Shown here in pieces: positions 28,152-36,490 of a stretch of DNA of 64,000 nucleotides. Where the stretch lies: positions 1,448 through 65,447 of the forward strand of contig JABRWB010000041.1 of assembly GCA_039961635.1 (NCBI GenBank), in the 5' to 3' direction. The stretch's first letter is position 1. Every line of letters begins with the position of its first letter. A model generated the notes under the pieces. The model did not search any database and was not told where the DNA came from. It saw nothing but the letters and a program-made list of their open reading frames with translations. Position numbers and translations under genes: made by a program. The stretch comes from a bacterium (lineage in GTDB: Bacteria > 4484-113 > JAGGVC01).

Positions 28152-28582
28152 GAATAATACCCCCAGATTGTGAAAGTGATATAGAAAATCACAAATGCCA
28201 AGCCGGCGAGTGAAACCAGCGGCCTTTTGATGGGGTGCTGTGCATCTGCCGGAGTGCGATCAAGCCACGGCAGTAAAGCAACCGCCAGGAAAAACAGGCC
28301 GGAGATAATGATCGTAAACGGCTTGTTGAAATCTTGAATGCCGGCGAAGTCTTTTGGAACCACTTTTAATAGTTGATAAACCGCCAGAAAATACCACTCA
28401 GGCTTTATGTGGGTTGGAGTCGTGAAAGGGTCTGCGGGAGGTTCGAGCCCTTTTACGTATAAGCCGCACAAAATTACAATCAGGCCTAGGCAAAAAATCG
28501 CCACCGCCATTTCGGTTAAAAGGTGCGTCGGCCAAAACCTTGGCCCAACGACTTTTTCTCCTGGACGCGGATGGTAAACCAC
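28148..28582 (-). CDS. Cytochrome bc-complex subunit IV (PetD-like; equivalent to the C-terminal part of cytochrome b).
   Basis: PFTTPTHIKPEWYFLAVYQLLKVVPKDFAGI is the subunit IV / cyt b C-terminal signature. 3 TM helices. Confidence 0.75.
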   Translation of the reverse strand: MVYHPRPGEKVVGPRFWPTHLLTEMAVAIFCLGLIVILCGLYVKGLEPPADPFTTPTHIKPEWYFLAVYQLLKVVPKDFAGIQDFNKPFTIIISGLFFLAVALLPWLDRTPADAQHPIKRPLVSLAGLAFVIFYITFTIWGYYS

Positions 28583-28591
28583 GATGACCTC

Positions 28592-29287
28592 CTAAAGCGG
28601 GCCTGAAATGCCCTGGCGCCTGATCATAAGGAAATGACCAAGCATAAAAACAAGCGTCCCCAAAGGAAGAAAGACAACGTGCAACATGAAAAACCTGGTT
28701 AAAGTGTCGCCGGATACCGTGGCTCCGCCCCTTAAAAGCACTATAAGAAGGTTTCCAAGCGCAGGCGGGGGCACGGCCTTAGCCAAATCGGTGCCGACAG
28801 TAGTCGCCCAGTAGGCAATTTGATCCCAAGGAAGCAGGTATCCCGTGAAACCGAATAAGAGTCCGATTAAGAGCAATACCACCCCACTGACCCAAGTCAT
28901 CTCTCGCGGTGCTTTGTAGCTTCCTGTAAAGAAAACCCGCGCCATATGGAGGAAGAGAAACACAATGAACAAGTTCGCGCACCAATGGTGGACGCTTCTG
29001 ACAAACCAGCCGAAGCTGACCTCGGTAGCGATGAATCTAACCGAGTTATATGCCTCTGAAACTGTTGGCTTATAGTAAAGAAGCAAAAGAATTCCGCTTA
29101 CAAGCTGGATGCCGAACATCAAAAAGGTCAAGCCGCCAAGGCAGTACATCCAGTTTGTTGCGTGCAATGGGACGATCTGGTTGGCTTGCGCGCGCCACCA
29201 TTCCCGCCATTCGAACCGTTCCTCGAACCAGTCGCCTACCCGCCAACTCCAAGGCCTTTCAGATTTGCTTTGAGGAGATGCGCTCAT
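28592..29287 (-). CDS. Cytochrome b6-type subunit (short cytochrome b N-terminal domain).
   Basis: WMYCLGGLTFLMFGIQLVSGILLLLYYKP...VRSVHHWCANLFIVFLFLHMARVFFTGSYKAPREMTWVSGVVLLL...LPWDQIAYWA. The His ligands for hemes bL and bH are present. Confidence 0.85.
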   Translation of the reverse strand: MSASPQSKSERPWSWRVGDWFEERFEWREWWRAQANQIVPLHATNWMYCLGGLTFLMFGIQLVSGILLLLYYKPTVSEAYNSVRFIATEVSFGWFVRSVHHWCANLFIVFLFLHMARVFFTGSYKAPREMTWVSGVVLLLIGLLFGFTGYLLPWDQIAYWATTVGTDLAKAVPPPALGNLLIVLLRGGATVSGDTLTRFFMLHVVFLPLGTLVFMLGHFLMIRRQGISGPL

Positions 29288-29748
29288 GACACCTCCGCCC
29301 CAACGAAGATTTTTCCTTCCCGTATTACCACTTTGTATTGCTTAAGATCCCTGGGTGAGGGGCCGGCGATCAACTTGCCGTCGAACGTGAACCGTGCGCC
29401 GTGGCAGGGACAATCAAGTTCATTGCTTGCAACGTCGACCATGCAGCCAAGGTGAGGACATTTTTTTTCTAGTGCTTTTAACGCTCCATCGGCAAGGAAT
29501 ACGATAATCGGGACGCCATCAGATCCCATTACAGTTTTGGGAGAACCGTCGCCCACCGACCCCTCGGGGCCCACCTCGATCAGTTCGTTTTTCTCCGACG
29601 TTCGTTTGGGTGGAATAAGGATGTTGAGTAAGGGGAAGCAAATGATGAATGCAAGGCCGAGGAAAGAGCTCCCAAGAAGCCATTCGACAGCCTTGCGACG
29701 AGCCTCATTGGACTCGTCAGCATGCCCTGGTTCGAATTCCTTTACCAC
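29284..29748 (-). CDS. Rieske [2Fe-2S] iron-sulfur protein (possible Tat substrate).
   Basis: CPHLGCMVDV...CPCHGARF are the Rieske boxes. N-terminal EARRKAV followed by a TM helix. Confidence 0.85.
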   Translation of the reverse strand: MVKEFEPGHADESNEARRKAVEWLLGSSFLGLAFIICFPLLNILIPPKRTSEKNELIEVGPEGSVGDGSPKTVMGSDGVPIIVFLADGALKALEKKCPHLGCMVDVASNELDCPCHGARFTFDGKLIAGPSPRDLKQYKVVIREGKIFVGAEVS

Positions 29749-29820
29749 TATTAACCTCCGAATCGGGGAAACACAGAGCCATAAAAATGCTAGTGGTGTT
29801 TTCTCAACTTGTCAACAGTT

Positions 29821-29854
29821 ATCGGTAAATCGGTACCTTTTTATTGATATCGGT
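29821..29854. repeat. Three copies of ATCGGT(A) in the divergent Rieske/NAGPA promoter region; possible regulator binding sites.
   Basis: gttATCGGTAaATCGGTAcctttttattgatATCGGTttgact, read directly. Confidence 0.3.
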
Positions 29855-29855
29855 T

Positions 29856-29884
29856 TGACTATCACGAGGAGCTCGCTTATCATC
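29856..29884 (+). promoter_or_regulatory. Candidate sigma70 promoter TTGACT-N17-TATCAT for the downstream plus-strand gene.
   Basis: TTGACTatcacgaggagctcgctTATCAT. The ORF's first ATG (29890) is too close to the TSS, so the start was moved to 29917. Confidence 0.4.
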
Positions 29885-29916
29885 CCGTTGTGTTTTCGGG
29901 GCCGATACGTTTATTT

Positions 29917-31086
29917 ATGTTTGCCGCCACCGCTTTCTGGTGGGCGGCCGCGCTGTTTTTTTGTCTGCCGTCAAAGATTGCTTCAGCTTGGGAACTGGAC
30001 AAGACATGGCGCCGCAATATCGCCGACGGCGTTGAATTTGTACATTACAGGATGATTTTCGAGCGTGGGCCGGCGCACATTTTCGTCGTCGAGGTTGATC
30101 CGCTCAGTTCGTATAGCCTTAAGCCGGTTATAGCAAATAACCGAATAGGTTCCTTGGAAGAAGTTGGCTCGATCGCCAAGAGAGCAGGGGCGGTGGCTGC
30201 CATCAACGGCGGATTCTTTGACACCAAAACCAATTTACCGGTTGGGTTAATCGGTGTTAAACACCGACTTTTATACAACCAATGGCTTAACCGGGCCGTA
30301 CTGGGAATTGACGAAAAGGGCTTCGCGAGTTTTGGCACTTTCAGGGTTAGCGCCGAGCTTTACTTTCCGGATGTGGACAAGTCGGTGCCAATTCACGGCA
30401 TCAACCGCCCGAGAAAGGAAGGCGATTTAATTGTATTCTATCCGGAGTTCGGACCATCAACAAAAACGAACGAATGGGGCGTGGAAGTTCTCTGCAGGCG
30501 CATCAGTCCCACTTCAACCTACTACCCCTTTGCGGTTCTCGAACCGGAGAGGTATCTAATTCAGGAAGTAAACAGGAACAACACAAGAATTCCAAGCGAT
30601 GGCATGGTGCTTTCCTTCCATTCGTCCATACTAAAGGGCCTTACTTGGCTGGACAAAGTGATGCTTGGCGAGGAAGTAATTGTGCGAACGAACCTGCCAA
30701 AGGAGTGGGATTCCTTTCCATACCTACTGGGCGGGGGCCCGATGCTTGTAAAAGAAGGTAGGCTGGTTTTGGATCCAGCAAAAGAAGGATTCAAAGCGTC
30801 GTTCAATTACCCTACTGCAAGAACCGCCGTAGGAAAAACCGTCAGCGGGAAAATACTCATCGTCGTGGTTGACTCTGGTTCGAAGGATTACAGTATCGGC
30901 GCCACCTGGACGGAGCTGGCCTATGCGATGATTGGCCTGTATCCACTATCCGACTTGATGGGCTTTGATGGCGGCGGGTCGTCCACCATGTTCGTAGACG
31001 GCAAAGTTGTAAACGAGCCCAAAGACGGCGCTTCAAGGCGCGTCAGCAATATTTTGGCGGTAGTGCCTTTCGACGAGTTTCTTTAA
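29917..31086 (+). CDS. Phosphodiester glycosidase (NAGPA-like, DUF2233) family secreted protein.
   Basis: Signal peptide. AINGGFFDTKTNLPVGLIGVKHRLLYN...GFDGGGSSTMFVDGKVVNEP are the family signatures. Confidence 0.75.
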   Translation: MFAATAFWWAAALFFCLPSKIASAWELDKTWRRNIADGVEFVHYRMIFERGPAHIFVVEVDPLSSYSLKPVIANNRIGSLEEVGSIAKRAGAVAAINGGFFDTKTNLPVGLIGVKHRLLYNQWLNRAVLGIDEKGFASFGTFRVSAELYFPDVDKSVPIHGINRPRKEGDLIVFYPEFGPSTKTNEWGVEVLCRRISPTSTYYPFAVLEPERYLIQEVNRNNTRIPSDGMVLSFHSSILKGLTWLDKVMLGEEVIVRTNLPKEWDSFPYLLGGGPMLVKEGRLVLDPAKEGFKASFNYPTARTAVGKTVSGKILIVVVDSGSKDYSIGATWTELAYAMIGLYPLSDLMGFDGGGSSTMFVDGKVVNEPKDGASRRVSNILAVVPFDEFL

Positions 31087-31095
31087 ACCGGGCCG

Positions 31096-31431
31096 CTACA
31101 GCTCAAAATGCAGGGGGTGGGATCCATCAGGCTCTACATCCACTTCCTGTTCCCCAAGCAAGTTGCCTTGAAAATCCATACATTTAACGGTGTAATGCCC
31201 CGGGGGTAGCCCAGTAATCGTGTACACGCCGTCGACTGCCTGGCCTTGGCTGACTTCCTCGCCTTTGTCATTGACCGCCACCAGAGTGGCGCCATATGGG
31301 TTGCCATCCTTGCGGACACTGCCGGTTATTTCACCGGGCGGCGGCTCCGAGCAGGAAACCAAATATGCCGCCAACAACAACAGCGCCGCAAAAGCGATTG
31401 AAATGCGTCTGAAATTCATCATTACCTCCAA
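31096..31431 (-). CDS. Small lipoprotein with a carboxypeptidase-regulatory-like (CarbopepD_reg) beta-sandwich.
   Basis: LLLLAAYLVSC lipobox. ITGSVRKDGNPYGATLVAVNDKGEEV...GVYTITGLPPGHYTV. Confidence 0.55.
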   Translation of the reverse strand: MEVMMNFRRISIAFAALLLLAAYLVSCSEPPPGEITGSVRKDGNPYGATLVAVNDKGEEVSQGQAVDGVYTITGLPPGHYTVKCMDFQGNLLGEQEVDVEPDGSHPLHFEL

Positions 31432-31455
31432 AGCAAAAATACAGTATAGCGCAGT

Positions 31456-32640
31456 CTAAGTGGCGCTTGAATGCTTTTCGAGCAGCGGCATCGCCTCAGC
31501 TATACGCCTGAGGGCCTCCTTGATGTTTTCCTTGCTGTTGGCGTAGGAGAACCGCAGGAACCCTTCTCCGTGTTCACCGAAGGCGGTTCCAGCCAAACAG
31601 GAAACGCCCGCATTGTAAAGTAGATGGTCTGCAATATCCCGCCCAGACCTTCCGAAGCTAGAAAAGTTGGGGAACACGTAAAAAGCGCCCTTCGGCATCA
31701 GACAAGAAACCCCTTCAATAGCGTTAAGTCCGTCTACTATCAAATCCCGGCGCTCTTTGAATTCGCGTACCATATCTTCCACCGCTGTTTGATCTCCATG
31801 AAGCGCTTCCGCACCGGCGATTTGCGTAAATGCAGCGGTGCACGATGCCGCATTCGTCATCAGTCGCTCCAACTTGGCGGCAAGCTCCTCGTTGCAGACG
31901 GCGTATCCTAGCCTCCAACCAGTCATTGCATATGTCTTGCTGTGGCCATCAAGCAAGATCACGCGCTTGAGCGGATTATCGGTATTCATTATGCTGAAGT
32001 GCTCGCCTTCGTAAACGATCCTGCTGTAAATCTCGTCGGACAGAATGTAAAAGTCGTGCTTTTCGGCCAACTCGGAAATAGCAATGATATCTTCTTTGGC
32101 CAGCATTCCGCCGGTAGGATTCTGGGGCGAATTGATGAAAACCAGCTTCGTTTTCGGGGTTATCAGCGACTTGAGCTCGTCAATGTCGAATCTGAATTCG
32201 TTTTTTTCCCTTAGAATGATCGGAATAGACTTCGCTCCAAGGAACGTAGAAACGCTTTCATACGCCGGGTAACCGGGGTTCGGGTAGATCACTTCGTCAC
32301 CCTCGTCCACGAGCGCAAGCGCGGTAAGAAATACGACGGGTTTCGCCCCCGGCATAATTACAACGTTTTTGCCCGATAACTGCACTCCGTAGCGGTTCGA
32401 AACATATTCCGCGTACTTTTCACGCATTTCTCTTAATCCCGCTGAGGGAGTATAGTGCGTGTAACCGTTTTCCAAGGCCCAATGAGCCTTATCGATTATG
32501 TTGCGCGGAGTTGCGAAATCAGGTTCTCCGATTTCCAGATGGACAATGCTTTTTCCCTGGGCTTCGAGCTCCTTCGCCTTTGCAAGAGTAACAAAAGCCG
32601 TCTCGGTTCCCAGCTTTGACATTCTCGATGCGAACTTCAT
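31456..32640 (-). CDS. Class I/II PLP-dependent aminotransferase (aspartate/aromatic aminotransferase type).
   Basis: EIGEPDFATP...NSPQNPTGGML...DEIYSRIVYEG...GHSKTYAMTGWRLGY, which includes the PLP lysine. Confidence 0.85.
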   Translation of the reverse strand: MKFASRMSKLGTETAFVTLAKAKELEAQGKSIVHLEIGEPDFATPRNIIDKAHWALENGYTHYTPSAGLREMREKYAEYVSNRYGVQLSGKNVVIMPGAKPVVFLTALALVDEGDEVIYPNPGYPAYESVSTFLGAKSIPIILREKNEFRFDIDELKSLITPKTKLVFINSPQNPTGGMLAKEDIIAISELAEKHDFYILSDEIYSRIVYEGEHFSIMNTDNPLKRVILLDGHSKTYAMTGWRLGYAVCNEELAAKLERLMTNAASCTAAFTQIAGAEALHGDQTAVEDMVREFKERRDLIVDGLNAIEGVSCLMPKGAFYVFPNFSSFGRSGRDIADHLLYNAGVSCLAGTAFGEHGEGFLRFSYANSKENIKEALRRIAEAMPLLEKHSSAT

Positions 32641-32692
32641 TCCATTCCTCCAAAGCTCTCGTGGGATGAAGCGGCCGCATCGAATACGAAGT

Positions 32693-34039
32693 TTACGACG
32701 CGGCAGCTTGCCTTTTGGCTCCCAAATTCACCTTACAGGCAAGCAAACCCGTTATGAGCTTCGGATAAAAATCCGTGCTCTTTTGGGGCATCACTTCCCC
32801 GTTGCCAGCGACTTCTCGAATCTGACTCAGCTTTGTCGGATTCATCAAAACCGCCAGCTGGTGCGTACCGGAATTGACCTTTGCAAGCGCCGAAATTGCC
32901 GATCTATCGTAGCTGATATTGGTTTTCGCAGCTTGGGCTTCCTTCGATATGCCAAGCAAATGTTCCAATACCACTTCGTGGAGCACGGCAACGTCCAGCG
33001 ACCGCCATGCCTCGCTCCTTTCGGGCGCGAGGCGGCGCATAATATCATGGTCCGAAAGCTCGCACAGATAAAAGCGCCCGCCCATATAAAATCCAAATGC
33101 ATTGCGGCCCAGCTTATCGGAGCGGGATTTCATCTCGGCCGCCAATTCATCCAGGCTGCGCATTTCGGCTATCGCGAAGTATTGCCGAATCTGGCTTATG
33201 AAATCACCTGGGTTGAAATGCGCCAAGTTAAATAGCACTCTGTGGGTCGGCAAAACCACAAGTCCGGGATCGCTCATTCCAACCAGCGTCATCATTGCGA
33301 ACCGCGGATTATGCCCGTCAGGGCCTCCTATGTATTCGGCCATTCTTGCGTTGCGGTAATTCAAAGCCGTTTCGTACCTGTGGTGGCCATCGGCTATAAA
33401 AAGCTGTTTTCCCAAGAGCAGGTTTTGGATCGTACTAATAGTATCCGGGTGCGTAATCGCCCAAACCCGATGAACCACCTGGCCGTCTTCCTCGATTGTT
33501 GCTTCCATTTCCGGTTCACTTATGCAGGCTTCAGCCAACAAGGAAGCGACCTCGTTGTCGGGATCCGGGTAAAGCTGAAAAATTTGCCCGAGATGAGCGT
33601 CTAGCGCCATCAACAACTTGAATCTATCTTGTTTGGGCGCGTCGAGCGTTCTTTCATGCGGCTTTACGCCTCCGGTTCCGTAATCCTGAAGCTCCACCAT
33701 GCAGCACAAGCCGCGCCTCGTGAATTCAGTTCCGCCAACTTGAAATATTTGGTGGTAGACGTAAAGCGCAGGTCGATCGTCTTCGCGCAAAACGCCTGAT
33801 TCAAGCCATCTCTTCCAAGTTTCCGCGGCACGCGAATAGACATCGTTTCCTTCCGAGTCGCCAGTTTGTGGTATTCCCTTGCTTATCCGGCAAATGTTAA
33901 ATTCACTTTTGGCGTAGTAAGCATCCTGCATCGCTGGAGTTATTTTGTCGTAGGGCAGTGCGACTACATCGGAGAGATTACCAACCAATTCGGTGGAAAA
34001 TCTGGTTGCTCGAAAAGGTTCTATTTTTGCCATTGGCAT
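32693..34039 (-). CDS. DUF1015-family protein.
   Basis: MAKIEPFRATRFSTELVGNLSDVVALPYDKITPAMQDAY is the typical DUF1015 N-terminus. Confidence 0.65.
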   Translation of the reverse strand: MPMAKIEPFRATRFSTELVGNLSDVVALPYDKITPAMQDAYYAKSEFNICRISKGIPQTGDSEGNDVYSRAAETWKRWLESGVLREDDRPALYVYHQIFQVGGTEFTRRGLCCMVELQDYGTGGVKPHERTLDAPKQDRFKLLMALDAHLGQIFQLYPDPDNEVASLLAEACISEPEMEATIEEDGQVVHRVWAITHPDTISTIQNLLLGKQLFIADGHHRYETALNYRNARMAEYIGGPDGHNPRFAMMTLVGMSDPGLVVLPTHRVLFNLAHFNPGDFISQIRQYFAIAEMRSLDELAAEMKSRSDKLGRNAFGFYMGGRFYLCELSDHDIMRRLAPERSEAWRSLDVAVLHEVVLEHLLGISKEAQAAKTNISYDRSAISALAKVNSGTHQLAVLMNPTKLSQIREVAGNGEVMPQKSTDFYPKLITGLLACKVNLGAKRQAAAS

Positions 34040-34059
34040 ACCTCAGGAACGGGGCGCGC

Positions 34060-34071
34060 CCCCGGAATATC
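34060..34071. promoter_or_regulatory. 12-bp perfect palindrome GGGGCGCGCCCC just upstream of the DUF1015 start and downstream of the dehydrogenase stop.
   Basis: Read directly. A GC-only hairpin, attenuator or operator candidate. Confidence 0.25.
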
Positions 34072-34114
34072 AATGTTTAAGGTGCTTGCGCGGATTTTGC
34101 GTAAGCGAGCGGCG

Positions 34115-35050
34115 TTAAACCGAGGCTGACTTTTCGGAAGCAAAGTACTCTCGGAGTATAGACGCAACTTCGTTTCCGACCCGGCCTTGCCCTTCGGCGG
34201 TTTGGGCTCCGATGTGGGGAGTCAAAACAACATTGTCCAATCCGTCGAAGGGAAACTCCGTTGGCGGTTCGCTGCCGAAAACATCCAGCGCAGCTCCTGC
34301 AATCTTGCCTTGGCGCAGCGCTTCCGCTAGCGCCTTTTCATCAACGATTCCGCCTCTCGCGCAGTTGATAAGAAACGCTGTTGGCTTGACTAGGGCAAGT
34401 TTATCGGCATTAATCAAATTGTGGGTTTCCTCGGTGTGTGGTGTGTGAATTGAAATATAGTCAGACCGGGACAACAAATCGTCAAGGGCGGCCGCTTCGA
34501 TTGGCACGTCGGAAATGCCTGTTACGTCCACGTAGGGATCGAAGCCTATCACCTTCATCCCCAGGCCTATTGCTCGCCGTGCCGTTTCAATTCCAATCCT
34601 GCCTACGCCGATCAATCCTAGAGTTTTTTGCCAGAGCTCAACACCGGCAAATGCCTTTTTTTCCCATTGATGCGCCTTCATAGAATTAACGGCGGGAACT
34701 ATTTTTCGCGCCAGGGCGAACATGCAGGCGATCGCAAGCTCGGCGACCGATACGCTGGATGCGGCCGGCGTATTTTTCACTTCGATGCCCTTCGCTTCAG
34801 CAGCGTTGCAGTCAATATTGTCTACCCCGACGCCACCGCGCACGATTAGCTTTAGCGAGTCGGAAGCATCAATGACGGCAGCAGTCACCTTTGTGCGCGA
34901 CCGGACGACAATAGCGTCCATTCCTTTCACCGCAGTAAGCAACTGCTCGGGAGTGATTTCCGGATTGTAAACAACCTCAAGGTATGGGCACGCTTTGATC
35001 TCCTCAAGCGGTCCTTTGGACATCGAATCGCATATTAAAACTTTCGCCAT
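34115..35050 (-). CDS. D-isomer-specific 2-hydroxyacid dehydrogenase (phosphoglycerate dehydrogenase / hydroxypyruvate reductase type, no ACT domain).
   Basis: MAKVLICD...GMDAIVVRSRTKVTAAVIDA...GGVGVDNIDCNAAEAKGIEVKNTP...GLIGVGRIGIETARRA (NAD-binding site)...CARGGIVDE. Confidence 0.8.
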   Translation of the reverse strand: MAKVLICDSMSKGPLEEIKACPYLEVVYNPEITPEQLLTAVKGMDAIVVRSRTKVTAAVIDASDSLKLIVRGGVGVDNIDCNAAEAKGIEVKNTPAASSVSVAELAIACMFALARKIVPAVNSMKAHQWEKKAFAGVELWQKTLGLIGVGRIGIETARRAIGLGMKVIGFDPYVDVTGISDVPIEAAALDDLLSRSDYISIHTPHTEETHNLINADKLALVKPTAFLINCARGGIVDEKALAEALRQGKIAGAALDVFGSEPPTEFPFDGLDNVVLTPHIGAQTAEGQGRVGNEVASILREYFASEKSASV

Positions 35051-35105
35051 CTGCTTGCCTCCTTTGTATGTTCGCGCGATGCGCGGCGAATGGGAAACGA
35101 ACTAG

Positions 35106-36278
35106 CTATCCGGCTGCGGCCTTGGCCGCGCTTCCGATTAGATCCTCAAGAAGTATTTCTTCGGCTACTTTGACTCCCTTTCCCAATTCGATATCGACGC
35201 CGAATTTCTTCATGGCCATTTCGAATGCCGCGACGGCCATAATCGTATCGAAATGGTCTTGATATCCGAGGTGGCCGATTCGAAGGATTTTGTCCTTGTA
35301 TTCATCCTGGCCTGCGGCGAAGTAAACTCCCCAGTTGCCGCGGACATACTTAGCAACCTTTGAAGCGGGGACGGATTCAGGGAGCAATATAGGAGTCAAA
35401 ACGTCGCCTGGGCTCTTGGCGTTCAGGATCTCGAACCCCAAGGATTTGGCAGCGCTTCGCACGGCTTCGCCTTGGATGTGGCAGCGGTGTATCACGTTCT
35501 CCAGACCTTCCTCCAATATCATGTCCAGAGCGACTGCAAGTTGCTGGTAAAGGCTGACATTGCTTGTCCACGGATGGGTGTGATCGGCATCGTTTTTAAT
35601 GGCCGCTTGCAGGTTGAAGTAAAAGGCACGACGTTTTGTGTTGTTGACCTTTTCGGTAGCCTTGGGATTGAGGGAAATGAAAGCGAGCCCGGGTGGAAGC
35701 ATGAAACCCTTCTGGCTGCCCGAAAGCAAAACGTCCAACCCCCAAGCGTCCATCGGGCATTCCATCGCGGTCAGGCCGGAAATTCCGTCCACGACAATCA
35801 TCATTCCGGCGTTATGGGCAACTTCCGCCATTTCTCTGATTGGATTCCTTATTCCGCTGGCCGTTTCGTTCAATTGGGTAAAAATCGCAACTGCGTCCGG
35901 GCACTCCGAGATGGCTTTTTCGAGCTTGTCAATCGAACTGCAATCGTCCCAGCCATACTTGACTTCGTGAACAACGCAATCGTATGCCTTGCCGATCTTC
36001 CCCCAGCGCTCCCCAAACTTGCCTCCGTTGAAGGTGATCATCTTTTCGCCAGGACCGATTAGGTTGGAAACAGCAGCCTCCATCGCGCCGGTTCCGGTGG
36101 ACATAAGAACAAGCACGGGGTTTTCTGTAACAAAAATCTTCTTCAATGCCGCTGCGACTTTGTCGTAAATAACCTTGAATTCATCCGTGCGATGGTGAAT
36201 CATATCCTTCGCACCGGCGAGAGCGACATCTCCCGGCACCATTGTTGGGCCGGGCGTAAACAGGTGCACTTTCTTCAT
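35106..36278 (-). CDS. Class V aminotransferase (archaeal-type phosphoserine aminotransferase or serine-glyoxylate/pyruvate aminotransferase).
   Basis: MKKVHLFTPGPTMVPGDVALA...MSTGTGAMEAAVSNL. GGAGG SD 7 nt before the ATG at 36278. Co-oriented with the dehydrogenase. Confidence 0.8.
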   Translation of the reverse strand: MKKVHLFTPGPTMVPGDVALAGAKDMIHHRTDEFKVIYDKVAAALKKIFVTENPVLVLMSTGTGAMEAAVSNLIGPGEKMITFNGGKFGERWGKIGKAYDCVVHEVKYGWDDCSSIDKLEKAISECPDAVAIFTQLNETASGIRNPIREMAEVAHNAGMMIVVDGISGLTAMECPMDAWGLDVLLSGSQKGFMLPPGLAFISLNPKATEKVNNTKRRAFYFNLQAAIKNDADHTHPWTSNVSLYQQLAVALDMILEEGLENVIHRCHIQGEAVRSAAKSLGFEILNAKSPGDVLTPILLPESVPASKVAKYVRGNWGVYFAAGQDEYKDKILRIGHLGYQDHFDTIMAVAAFEMAMKKFGVDIELGKGVKVAEEILLEDLIGSAAKAAAG

Positions 36279-36490
36279 TTCAGGCCTCCGTGAGACGGTC
36301 AAGGCGATCGGCGGAAATGATTCCGCGTCAGGCCTCTCATCTGGCGATTGTACTAAAGGAGCTTGTGAAATGGAGATTTTGTGAAGCTAGTGCATAAGTT
36401 CTCATGAATGCGAATGTGAACCCTACGCCAAGAGCCATAAACCGCAAAGGTAGATCAAATCGGCCGCCGGCTGTAATTCGAACCACCAAA

